Assembly (NCBI RefSeq): GCF_030028105.1
Contig: NC_092374.1
Location: 177,778,057-177,842,056 of the forward strand
Length of the DNA: 64,000 nt
From: Mobula birostris
Lineage: Eukaryota
Reading direction: 5' to 3'
Made by a program: the position numbers and the translations under genes. Under the pieces are notes generated by a model that saw nothing but the letters and a program-made list of their open reading frames with translations, was not told where the DNA came from and searched no databases. Shown here piece after piece: positions 10,641 to 21,989 of the stretch (the first letter of the stretch is position 1; each line of letters opens with the position of its first letter).

Positions 10641-10812
10641 AATCTGCAGATGCTGGAAATACAAGCGTCACACACAAAATGCTGGAGGAACTCAGTAGGC
10701 CAAGGCAGCATTGTACTGCCGACGGGTTTCTGCCCGAAACATCCACAATACTTTGTTCCATAGATGCTGCCTGGCCTGCTGAGTTCCTCCAGTACTTTCT
10801 GTCTGTTGCTTG
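10641..10812. mobile_element. Miniature palindromic Penelope pLTR-derived element
   Basis: Inverted arms tgctggaggaactcagtaggcca-ggcagcat (10680-10711) and atgctgcctggcctgctgagttcctccagta (10764-10794) flank a decayed hammerhead core (..cccgaaacatc). Confidence 0.75.
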
Positions 10813-12278
10813 CTATTTTTTTTTACCTTTTGTTCCTTTACAAACCCTTCAGTTAAGTTCAAATTCATGAATATAATTCCTTTAATCATATGCAGTGTGA
10901 TGCCTCTTATTTCATGGCACTGATTTGTAACAGGGTAGCAAATGAAATGGTATCCACACAAACGGAGGATTGGGGTGGAGGAACCGTTTCAATCTCACGG
11001 TTTTAGCAGAACCGGAGTGTGTATTCCCTGGACATGCGCAGCCAGGGACACCACCGGGGTTTCACCCAGATTGGATGGGAGGAGTAAATTGCTAAATGTG
11101 GAAACGTACTATTTGTCCATTGTGTGACTGTCAACAAGTGTCAGGTATTTATGAACACTTGTAAAGCATTATGAGCGGAGGCGGTTTACCTTCAAATTTA
11201 GACCATTCTTAAATGCTGTCAGCGACTGCTTCCACCGCACGGTCGATTTGGGCATTCTGCTTACGCAGCACTGTCTGGATGAAAACCCCACAGTTATATC
11301 CAAACGATATCGCGTAACACTAATCCTAAATATGTGTCCTCCATCTGTATAAACCCACAACGAAATATATCGTACATTCCACACTGTCTATAACCTTACT
11401 GAATGTACAGTATACAACGTAGTCATGCCTTCTGAATGTTATTTCTTTTTCTGCTGTATTGCTCTGAAAAGAGAAAGGGTGTCAGCTTAGATTAAATTAA
11501 AGCCAACGACACGATGCTGTGTGAGGTCTATTGGTTTACCTCCAGTACATAGTCTTCTGTGTGCTCAGTAAGGTTTTGGGAAATTACTGGAGGACCGAGT
11601 AGGGGAAGGTGAGCGGAGCTAAACACAGAAATACTTTTTTCAAGATCGGGAACAGATATATTTTACCCGAGTATCGGTGAGTGTGACATGCAAGGTCGCC
11701 TCGGAAATGGACTGGTATTTATGTTTCATGCGCCATGTTAACAATTTTCTAGTCGGGAGGGATATTTTTTATTACAACATATTCATTGATTTCTGAGAAT
11801 AAAATCAGGCCTATGAGGTGTTATGTAGTTAAACCAGTTTTCCCAGTCTGAATCAAATTGTTCCAGTTTATGGTTAACAGATGCTGTTATCTTCTGCATT
11901 TTGTAAATGTCCATTTGAATTCCCATCCATGCATTTAAAGTTGGGCTCTCCTGTGATAGCCATTTCCTGGAAAGAGTCTTTTTTGCTGGTCACCAGCCAC
12001 ATATTCATTGCTTATTTATCACTTTTCAGCTATTCTTGAGGTACTGCATATACCCAAAATATATGGTCTTACTTTCTAAGGGCATTTTACACTTAAAGAT
12101 ATCTTGATAGGGCATTGTGTATCCCACTCCAATAATCTTTGATAACGGGGAATTCCCAGAAAATATGATAATCGTTTGCATTTTGATTTCCACAATTACT
12201 CCAGCAAACAGGGAGCTTACTATCATCCAAGTTGCTGGTGAACGCAGCAGGCCAGGCAGCATCTCTAGGAAGAGGTAC

Positions 12279-12314
12279 AGTCGACGTTTCGGGCCGAGAC
12301 CCTTCGTCAGGACT
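12279..12314 (-). ncRNA. Minimal type I hammerhead ribozyme in the Penelope pLTR
   Basis: Minus strand reads AGUC-CUGACGA-A-GGG(UCUCGG)CCC-GAAA-CG-UC/GACU: intact core, stem I AGUC/GACU, stem II GGG/CCC, palindromic ACGU stem III. Confidence 0.8.
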
Positions 12315-14295
12315 AACTGAAGGAAGAGCTAATAAGAGATTTGAAAGTGGGAGCAGGAGGGGGAGATCCAAAACGATAGGAGTAGACAGGAGGGGGAGGG
12401 ATGGAGCCAAGAGCTGGACAGGCGATTGGCAAAAGGGATATGACAGGATCATGGGACAGGAGGCCCAGGAAGAAGGAACAGCGGGAGTGGGGGAAACACA
12501 GAGGATTGGCAAGTGGTATAGTCAGAGGGACAGAGGGAGAAAAAGGAGAGAGAAAGAGAGAGAATGTGTGTATATAAAGAAATAACGGATGGGGTATGAG
12601 GGGGAGGTGGGGTATTAGCGGAAGTTAGTGAAGAATGTTCATGCCATCAGGTTTGAGGCTACCCAGACGGAATATGAGGTGTCGTTCCTCCAACCTGAGT
12701 GTGGCTTCATCGTTACAGTAGAGGAGGCCGTGAATAGACATATCAGAATGGGAATGGGATGTGGAATTAAAATGTGTGGCCGCTGGAAGATTCTCCTTTC
12801 TCTGTTGGAGAGAGCGTAGGTGCACAGCGAAACGATCTCCCAGTCTGCGTCGGGTCTAGCCAATATATATAAGGCCACATCGGGAACACCGGACGCAGTA
12901 TATCACCCCAGCCAACTCACAGATGAAGTGTCGCCTCACCTGGAAGGACCGTCCGGGGCCCTGAATGGCGGTAAGGGAGGAAGTGTAAGGGCATGTGTAG
13001 CACTTGTTCCGCTTACAAGGATAAGTGCCAGGAGGGAGATCAGTGGGGAGGGATGGGGGGGACGAATGGACAAGGGAGTCTCGTACGGAGCGATCCCTGC
13101 GGAAAGCGGGGGTGCGGGGAGGGAAAGATGTGCTTAGTGGTAGGATCCCGTTGGACGAGGCGGAAATTACGGAGAATAATATGTTGGACCCGGAGGCTGG
13201 TGGGGTGGTAGGTGAGGACAAGGGGAACCCTATTCCTAGTGGGGTGACGGGAGGATGGAGTGAGAGCAGATGTGTGTGAAATGGGGGAGATGCGTTGAGA
13301 GCAGAGTTGATGGTGGAGGAAGGGAAGCCCCTTTCTTTAAAAAAGGAGGACATCTCCCACGTCCTGGAATGAAAAGTCTGCTCCTGAGAGCAGATGCGGC
13401 GGAGACGGAGGCATTGCGAGAAGGGGATGGCATTTTTGCAAGAGACACGGTGAGAAGAGGAATAGTCCAGATAGCTGCAAAGAGTCAGTAGGCTTATAGT
13501 AGACATCAGTAGATAAGCTGTCTCCAGAGATAGAGACAGAAAGATCTAGAAAGGGGAGGGAGGTGTCGGAAATGAACCAGGTAAACTTGCGAGCAGGGTG
13601 AAAGTTGGAGGCAAAGTTAACAAAGTCAACGAGATCAGCATGCGTGCAGGAAGCAGCGCCAATGCAGTCGTCGAGGAAGCGAAGGAAAAGTGGGGCACCG
13701 ATACCAGAATAGGTTTGGAACATAGATTGTTCCACAAAGCCAACAAAAAGACAGGCATAGCTAGGACACATACGGGTGCCCATAGCTACACCTTTAGTTT
13801 GGAGGAAGTGGGAGGAGCCAAAGGAGAAATTATTAAGAGTAAGGACTAATTCTGCTAGACGGAGCAGAGTGGTGGTAGAGAGGAACTGATTAGGTGTGGA
13901 ATCCAAAAAGTAGCCGAAAGCTTTGAGACCTTCCTGATGGGGGATGGAAGTATATAGGGACTGGACATACATGGTTATAATAAAGCGGTGGGGGCCAGGG
14001 AACTTAAAATCATCAAAAACTTTAACAGCGTGAGAAGTGTCACTTTCTCTCTCACTCCTTTTTCTCCCTCTGTCCCTCTCACTATCCCCCTTGGCCATCC
14101 TCTGGGTCCCCCCACCCCCAACTTTTCCTTCTCCCTGGGCCTCCTGTCCCATGATCCATGATCCGCACATATCCCTTTTGCCAATCACCTGTCCAGCTCT
14201 TGGCTCCATCCCTCCCCTTCCTCTCTTCTCCTATCATTTTGGAACCCTACTTCCCCCTCCCACTTTCAAATCTCTTACTAGCTCTTCTTTCAGTT

Positions 14296-14331
14296 AGTCC
14301 TGACGAAGGGTCTCGTCTTGAAACGTCGACT
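14296..14331 (+). ncRNA. Second hammerhead motif in the inverted pLTR, with weakened stem II
   Basis: AGTC-CTGACGA-AGGGTCTCGTCTT-GAAACGTC-GACT; stem II GGG/CUU relies on G-U pairs. Confidence 0.65.
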
Positions 14332-15649
14332 GTACCTCTTCCTAGAAATGCTGCCTGGCCTACTGCGTTCACCAGCAACTTTGATGTGTGTTGCTGGAAT
14401 TTCCAGCATCTGCAGAATTCCTCCTGTTTAGATTACTATCATAATGGGATTTCTGACAGGGTGCAATAAAATACCTTATCAAGTTTTTCCATCCGAACTC
14501 CCTCTATTTCTGTGAGCTGGTAAACTTCCATTGATACTTCCATATTATTTTCCATTCTTCCTCAGATATAATTATTCCTCCTTCCTTCTCCCATTTTGTT
14601 TTAATGTATGAAGACGAACATATTTTAAGATTTGACCAACCCTTATACACGCTTGAAATGATTCTACTACCGTTATCTGAATTATATACTTTTCTAAATA
14701 ATGCTATCAAACATGTACTTGCCTTGGTTACATTTTAATCGTCCTACTAACATACTGTCGCAACTGTAAAAACCGATAAAAGTCTTGTTTTCCTAATAAG
14801 TGTTTCTCTTTAAGCATTTTAAAACTGAACAGTGTTCCATCTTTCATTATATTGCAAGAGCTGTTATTCCATTGGCTGCCCAGTCTTTAAATATAGCATC
14901 CAGCTTATTCGGCGTAAAAACCGAGTCATAAGCACACCATTTAAGAATTACAATATCTCCCTCTAGTATATAATCTTTTATAACAATTTCCCATATTTTA
15001 ACAGTCCATTTGACCCATGGGTTATCAATGGTATTTGTGTACTTTTGTAGATTGTTATCAGCCAACATTGTCTGTATGAGGATGGAAGTATCCCCTCATC
15101 AATGGTATTCCATTGAGCCTCATGTGATGGGTTGCACCAACGTATAACAGCTCTCAACTGTGCTGCAAAATAGTAATCTCTAAGAGAAGGTAGGTCCCAT
15201 CCCCCCACCCCTGTCCCTGGCAAATTGGAATGTTTTGAGCCGTACTCTAGGCCTTTTTTCTTGCCATATATAACTTAATAACATTTTGTTCCATTCATTG
15301 AATTGATTTTGATTAATCTCTATTAGTAGGGTCTGAAAAAGATATAATAGTCTGGGAAGTTTATTCATTTTAATTGATTCAATCCTTGAACTGAGACTAA
15401 AAAAGATTAGGTTCCATCTTGTTATATCTTCCTTAATTTTCTTATATATATGCTGGTAATTGCATTCTGATTATTTTGCCAAATCTTTAGGTATAATGAT
15501 GCCCAAATTTTTAAAAGACTCTGTCATGCCCAGGGATATCTACTTTCAATTTCTGTACAACTAGGGTTTGTCTCCAGTTGCTACCGGGTAAGGTTATGGA
15601 ATACTAAAAATAGAAAGACTGCTGCCTCTATTTTAGGATTTCTACCCGC

Positions 15650-16660
15650 GCTGACTCAATAGACAATCGCTCCAAGACGACCTCTCTGTCTGCATTTCTC
15701 TTTATCCCTTATTAGCAACGGCTGCCTCTTCATCTTTTGATCCTTTCCCCAACCGTATGGGAACATTAACACTCTGGAAAATCAAGAAGCCAATCCAAAA
15801 CTTCCGACGACCGCGACAACCATATCCTTGTAATAGAAATAACATCGTAATTTCTTGCAATGATCCATGCTCTGTGTACATCATCCTCATTCGTAATACT
15901 GCTCAAATTGATGCAAACATACTTCCATCCATCTGACTGACGAACGTTCTACCCTATCCTGTCCCAAAAGTCACTCTGCACATTGTCTCTACCTTTGCAC
16001 CAACTTCAACGTCATCGAACTTAACACTCATCGTCCCATCTTTCTGCCAACCAAGAGTAAGCCTTCCCCATCATCTCTAGCAAACGTGTCCTTAAGGGCA
16101 GTGGTCGCTCGGGAGATTAGTAGTAAGGGATCTATTTTATGCAGAACATACCTTACTCACAAGAGGCCGCAAATGATTAACAAATCTGAAAAACTACCTG
16201 TGGCTCTCACTTCTGCAACACCATGTTTCCAACACTGCCACCGCCTTCACTTATGAGCCAGTAACCTTTCAAGTAACAGAAAATCAATCTCACCTAACAG
16301 CTATTAGAGAAGTTCCTGCAGTTCTTGACCAGAGCCAGGAAAGTAAAATGCCGGAAGTTGTATCTGTCTGAGAAGGTCCGTTGTATATTAGGATAAGAAC
16401 ATATAGGTGCCTTGTGCGAAGCAAGAGTAGGAAGTAAAATGAAAGGTCTGTGGATGAACATTGCTGGATATTTCAACGGGCAGTTCGAAAACAGAATTAA
16501 AATATGTTCAGTCCCAGATATGCATCAGAGGTATGGAAATTATTGAATAGGATGCTAATGGAAGGTATCAATTCGCATCTGGAAAGAAAACCAGCACGGC
16601 ATGGTGTAGCGGAAGACTTAACAGAAAACTCCGTTTGAGTTCTTTGAAAAACTAATGGAG
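15650..16660. mobile_element. Very old CR1 remnants (minus-strand ORF1/ORF2 junction, then a plus-strand RT piece)
   Basis: Weak similarity only, e.g. ENQHGM..FEFFEK near 16590-16655. Confidence 0.4.
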
Positions 16661-17120
16661 GAGGAAGAGGATCGTAGGAGGATCAATGGCGCCTGATGAC
16701 GACTCCTTTACTTGCTTCTTCGCAAACAGCTTGATTTCCATTTTTACTATCTCTATTTTTCTCTTTCAGGGCTCTTTTCAAAACCCTGACCTGGAGTTAC
16801 ACTCTGACTACGGTTCTTTGCGGAAGTAGGACTAGCTCTCGGGGTTACAGGACTGGGTGTTATTCGGCACGCCAAGTGCGCGGGCTAAGAGCCAGCTCGC
16901 CTTCGGAAGGCCGAGAGCTCATGGCTCTGCAGACGGGCGGATCGAAGGCCGTTATCCAGGCAGAAGATCGGTGTGTCATGGGAGATGGAAAATCTAAGTT
17001 TGTGTGCCCAGCGACCCGAGATCTTTGGGCACAGCGCTCGGAAAAAGCGACGCTACGGACTTCTAACATCATAAACCAGTGAGTTGTCTGTTATGTTTCC
17101 CCTCTCGCTGTGTAACAGAG

Positions 17121-20100
17121 GAGAAAGGAGTCTGAGAATCGGAGCCGGAGTGCGGCGGGAGCCATTTTGATTTTTTCTACTTATCATCTGAGTTAACAAA
17201 GGCGGCACCGCGCAGGCGTGTGACGTCTGGCAGTGAAGCGCGAAAGATTTAAAAGGAACACAGCCTTATACAGCGGGCAGCGCAATGAGCCGGGAGCAGA
17301 GAGAAGGCTTATGGACGTTGGCTCAACGGGATTAGGAGGAGACGGGAGAGGCAAAGTAGGCTTAGTTTTCTTTTTTTTCTGTTATTTGAAGAAAGGGGGA
17401 GAAATGATTATGAGCATTTAAACCCTGCCTTGACTAGCATTCTCTGCCAGTTCGTCCCAGATTCTGACCTGTGTCGTTGAACCCTATCATTGTGACTTCT
17501 GCCACCCGATTTTTGCCTGATTCTGCGTTTTGGATTTTGCCTGTTCCTGGACCTGATTTTTGCCTGCGCGCTCTGGATTGTCTGCCCTGGCCTAACTGCT
17601 TTTCCTGGTAAGACCTCAGCCTGCCATTTCGGATTCGTGTCTGCCTTCTGCTTTTGAATGACTGTTGTCTTTGTGCTCCCTAAAATACCCTGGTGAAAAA
17701 GTATTCGTTGCTCTGCACTTGAGTCCTGCCGAAACCCGACAGTTTCTGATTGCGTCCAAGGTATCCTGAAGTGGGAGGGTGAGCAGTCAGAGGCCGTGGT
17801 ACATATAGGTACTAATGACATAGATAAGAAAAGGGAAGAGGTCCTGAAAGGAGAACATAGGGAGTTAGGAAAGAAGTTGAGAAGAAGGACCGCAAAGGTA
17901 GTAATCTCGGGATTACTGCCTGTGCCACACTACAGTGAGAGTAGGAATGCAATGAGGTGGAGGATAAATGCGTGGCTGACGGATTGGAGCAGGAGACAGA
18001 GATTCAAGTTTCTGGATCATTGGGAAGTCTTTTGGCGCAGGTCTGACCTGTACAAAAAGGACGGGTTGCACTTGAATCCTAGGGGGGCAAATATCCTGGC
18101 GGGGAGATTTGCGAAGGCTGCTGGAGAGACTTTAAACTACAATGGCTGGCGGGGAGGGTCGGTGGGAATCAAATTGAAGAAACTAGGATACAGGAGGTTA
18201 GTTCACAAATAGAGAAAGCTAGCAGACCGTGTTTGAGGGAGGATAGGCAGGGGATGGAGAACGGGAGCGCTCAGACCGATGATGTAGGGGAGAAGGAAGA
18301 AAAAGTTAACAAAGTTCTTTGCAACATTAGAGATAATCAAAGAGTAAAAGGTGGAGAGTTTCTTAAATGCATCTATTTTAATGCTGGGAGCATTGTAAGA
18401 AAGGTGGACGAGCTTAGAGCGTGGATTGATACCTGGAAATATGATGTTGTAGCTATTAGTGAAACATGGTTGCAGGAGGGGTGTGATCGGCAACTAAATA
18501 TTCCTGGATTTAGTTGTGTCAGCTATGATAGAATCGAAGGGGCAAGCAAGAGCGGGAGGTGCTGCATTGCTTGTGAGAGAAAATATTACAACGGTGCTTT
18601 GGCAGGACAGATTAGTGGACTCGTCTAGGGAGGCTATTTGGGTGTAATTAATGAATGGGAAAAGTGTAGAAACGCTTATAGGGGTGTATTATAGACCACC
18701 TAATGGGGAGCGAGAACTGGAGGAGCAAATTTGTAAGGAGATAGCAGATGATTGTAGTGAGCACAAGGTTGTGATTGTGGGAGATTTTAATTTTCCACAC
18801 ATAGACTGGGAAACCCAATTTGTAAAAGAGCTGGATGGATTGGAGTTTGTAAAATGTGTGAAAAATAGTTTTTTTGCAGCAATACATAGAGGTACCAGCA
18901 AGAGAATTGGCAGTGTTGGATCAACTGTTAGGGAATGAGATAGGTCAGGTGACGGAGGTATGTGTTGGGGAGCACTTCGGGTCCAGTCAACACAATGCCA
19001 TTAGTTTCAATATAATTATGGACAAGGATAGGACTGGACCCAAGTTTGGGATTTTTGATTGGAGAAAGGGTAACTTTGAGGAGATGCGAAAGGATTTAAA
19101 AGGAGTGGATTGGGACAATTTGTTTTATAGGAAGGATGTGATAGAGAAATGGAGGTCTTTTCAAGGTGAAATTTTGAGGGTACAGAATCTTTATGTTCCT
19201 GTTAGGTTGAAAGGAAAGGTTAAAACGTTTGAGAGAGTCATGGTTTCCAGGGGATATTGGAAACTTGGTTCGGAAAAAGAGAGAGATCTACAACAGAAAT
19301 ACGCAGCTTGGAGTAAATGACGTGCTCGAGGAATATAAAGAGTGTAAAACGAATCTGAAGAAAGAATTAGAAATGCTAAAAGAAGCCATGAGGTTGCTTT
19401 GTCAAATAAGGTGAAAATGAATCCAAAGGGTTTCTACTGTTATATTAATAGCAAAAGGGTAGTGAGGAATAAAATTGGTCCCTTAGAAAGTCAGAGTGGA
19501 CGGCTATGTGCGGAGCCAAAAGAGATGGGGGAGTTTTTGAACAATTTCTTTTCTTTGGTTTTCACTGAGGAGAAGGATATTGAATTCTATAAGGTAATGG
19601 AAACAGGCAGAGAAGTTATACAAACTAGGATGATTGAGGAAGAGGGAGTACTGGCGCTTTTAAGGAATATAAACGTGCATTAGTATCCGGGTCCTGTCAG
19701 GATATTCACTTGGAACTTGGGGGAAGTCAATGTGGAAAATAGCAGGGAGTCTGACAGACATGTTTCAAATGTCATTAGAAACTGGATGGTGCCAGAGAAT
19801 TGGCGTATTGCTCATGTTGTTCCATTCTTCAAAAAGTGTTCTAAGAGTAAACCTAGCAATTATCGGCCTGTGACTTTGACATCAGTGGTGGGTAAATTGA
19901 TAGAAAGTATTCGTAGACATGGTATGTATAATTATCTGAATAGACAGGGTCTGATTAGGAACAGTCAACATGGATTTGTTTCGTGGAAAATCATATTTGA
20001 CAAATCTTATTGAATTCTTTTGAAGAGGTTACCAGGTAAATTGGCGAGGGTAAAGCGGTAAACGTTGTCTATATGGACTTCATTAGGGCCTTTGACAAGG

Positions 20101-21260
20101 TCCCACATAGAAGTATAGTTAGGAAGGTTCAATCATTAGGTATTAATATTGAAGTAGTAAAATGGATTCAGCAGTGGCTGGATGCGAAACGCCAGACAGC
20201 AGCAGTGGATAACTGTTTGTCAGACTGGAGGCTGGTGACTAGTGGTGTGTCTTAGGAATCTGTACTGGTTCAATATTGTTTGTCATATATATTAATGATC
20301 TGGATGATATGGTGGTAAATTGGATTGATAAGTATGCAGATGGTACGATGATAGATGGAGCTGTGGATAATGACTTAGGTTTTCAAAGCTTGCAGAAAGA
20401 TTTAGTCCAGTTAGAAGAATGGACTGAAAGATGGCAGATGGAGTTTAATGCTACTAAATGTGAGGTGCTACATTTCGGTAGGACTAATCAAAATAGGACA
20501 TACCTGGTAAATGGCAGGGCTTTGAAGAATGCAGTAGAACAGAGGGATCTAGGAAAAATGGTGCATAGTTCCCTGAAGGTGGAATCTCATGTGCATAGGG
20601 TATTGAAGAAAGCTTTTGGTATGCTGGCCTTCATAAATCAGAGCATTGAGTATGGTAGTTGGGAGGTAATGTTGAAATTGTATAAGGCATTGGTAAAGCC
20701 AAATTTGGAGTATTGTGTACAGTTCTGTTCACCGAATTATAAGGAAGCCGTCAACAAAATGGAGAGAGTGCAGAGAAGGCTTACTAAAATGTTACCTGGG
20801 TTTCATCTCCTAAGTTACAGAGAAAGGTTGAACAAGTTGCGTCTTTATTCTTAGGAGCCCAGAAGGTTGATAGGGGACTTGTTAGACGTACTTAAAATTA
20901 TGAGAGGGATAGATAGAGTTGCCGTGGATAGGATTTTTCCATTGAGAGTAGGGGAGATTCTAACAAGAGGACATGAGTTGCGAGTTAAAGGGCAAAAGTT
21001 TAGGAGTAACAGGAGGGGGGACTTATTTACTCAGAGAGTGGTAGCTGTGTCGAACGAGCTTCCAGCAGGAGTGGTTGAGGCAGGTTCGATGTTGTTATTT
21101 AAAGTTAACTTGGATAGCTATATGGACTGGAAAGGAATGCAGGGTTATGGGCTGAGTGCAGGTCCGTGGGACTAGGTGAGAGTAAGAGTTCGGCACGGAT
21201 TAGAAGAGCCGAGATGGTCTGTTTCCGTACTGTAATTGTTATATGTTATATGGTTATATG
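17121..21260 (+). mobile_element. Near-full-length degenerate CR1 LINE (5'UTR, partial ORF1 SGNH esterase, ORF2 APE-RT)
   Basis: VHIGTND...DGLHLN (ORF1); ISETW, GDFNFP, NYRPVTLTS, AFDKVPH, YAD (ORF2); (GTTATATG)n tail; imperfect TSD GTAACAGAG (17112-17120) / GTAACGGAG (21261-21269). Confidence 0.92.
17410..17740 (+). mobile_element. Probable LTR fragment replacing the 5' half of CR1 ORF1
   Basis: Non-CR1, pyrimidine-rich insert ending ...ctgcacttgagtcctgccgaaacccgaCA; CR1 ORF1 resumes directly after it. Confidence 0.45.
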
Positions 21261-21989
21261 GTAACGGAGACGCATCTTTTTTCCCTTATTATGGAGAAAG
21301 AGAGCCTGTGGTATGTCGAATAACGGATGAACGAGCAGTTTTTGGAGTGCTGCAAGTCTGCGTCTTTGCTGTTGCTTTGGTCACGTTTGAGTACTCGGTG
21401 GCGGGTACCGATTTTTTGTTTTGCCGGTAGGGGGAGGTATGATCGTTGAATGCTGCCGCTTATACGCGGGAGAGAGTGGAGTTTGCGGCATTTTAGGTTT
21501 CCAATTAACTGTCATTCATTCTGTGGGCATTACCCTGCTTTCGTGGATGGTTGTGAAGAAAAACCACTTCAGGATGTACATTGTAGACAATTGTCTGACT
21601 TTAAATATACCTTTGAAAACCTTGAAAATAATTAATGAGGCTCAGTCATTGGATGATATATACATGGACGATTGGCAAAGTGCCTATTACAAGGGACTAT
21701 CATAATGCGTTCATTTGAAAATTCACAGATTCGATTCAGAGTCTGTTTTTCCATAATGACAACGGATAATGGTGGAAGAGTATTATTCTGACTAAGTGTT
21801 CCGTCATGATCAGCGTTGTGGCCTCTGTAATTTGTGATGCATGTACGTCGCATGGACGAAATTTTAATTTGGGTTGATTCGTAAGTTTGAAGAAAGTATG
21901 GTTAGTAAGAAATGAATTGTCTGTAATGATTTGCTTCAGAGTGCTACCGTAAAGCCCCATCTAAGATGCCTCCAGTGTGCTTAAAAACA

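Larger units (their letters stand above)
12227..14432 (-). mobile_element. Penelope-like retroelement (RT + GIY-YIG), 5'-truncated, with an inverted pLTR and a 10-bp TSD
   Basis: RT motifs VQSLYTSIPH, KGVAMGTRM.PSYA, FLRFLDD; GIY-YIG motif VIYCVRCSRCGLIYIG; ~12227-12555 is the reverse complement of ~14043-14382; TSD TTACTATCAT at 12217-12226 and 14433-14442. Confidence 0.93.
11760..15555 (-). mobile_element. L1-clade LINE ORF2 3' half, interrupted by a Penelope insertion
   Basis: MNKLPRLLYLFQ, GGWDLPSLRDYYFAAQLR and a C-terminal CWxxCG...HIFW zinc-knuckle remnant; the sequence resumes across the insertion. Confidence 0.87.
16680..21615 (+). mobile_element. Unclassified non-LTR/SINE-like repeat (16680-17120 and 21261-21615) split by a CR1 insertion
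   Basis: The flanks join as ...ctcgctgt-GTAAC(A/G)GAG-acgcatctttttcccttatta...; the 3' end has a (TTTGAAA/CTTGAAA)-type tail. Confidence 0.55.

Noticed and set aside
13337-14209. 290-aa ORF as a novel RT fusion protein
   Set aside because: The N-terminal ~56 aa are read from the inverted pLTR joined to a truncated, frameshifted RT; a by-product of the insertion structure.
3975-15555. Plus-strand L1 5' half and minus-strand L1 3' half as one inverted element
   Set aside because: They are over 6 kb apart with unrelated DNA between, share no TSD, and the RT core is missing; they cannot be linked from sequence alone.
17408-17821. 137-aa minus-strand ORF and similar antisense ORFs in TE regions
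   Set aside because: They span TE junctions or are antisense shadows of TE ORFs, with no recognisable domain.
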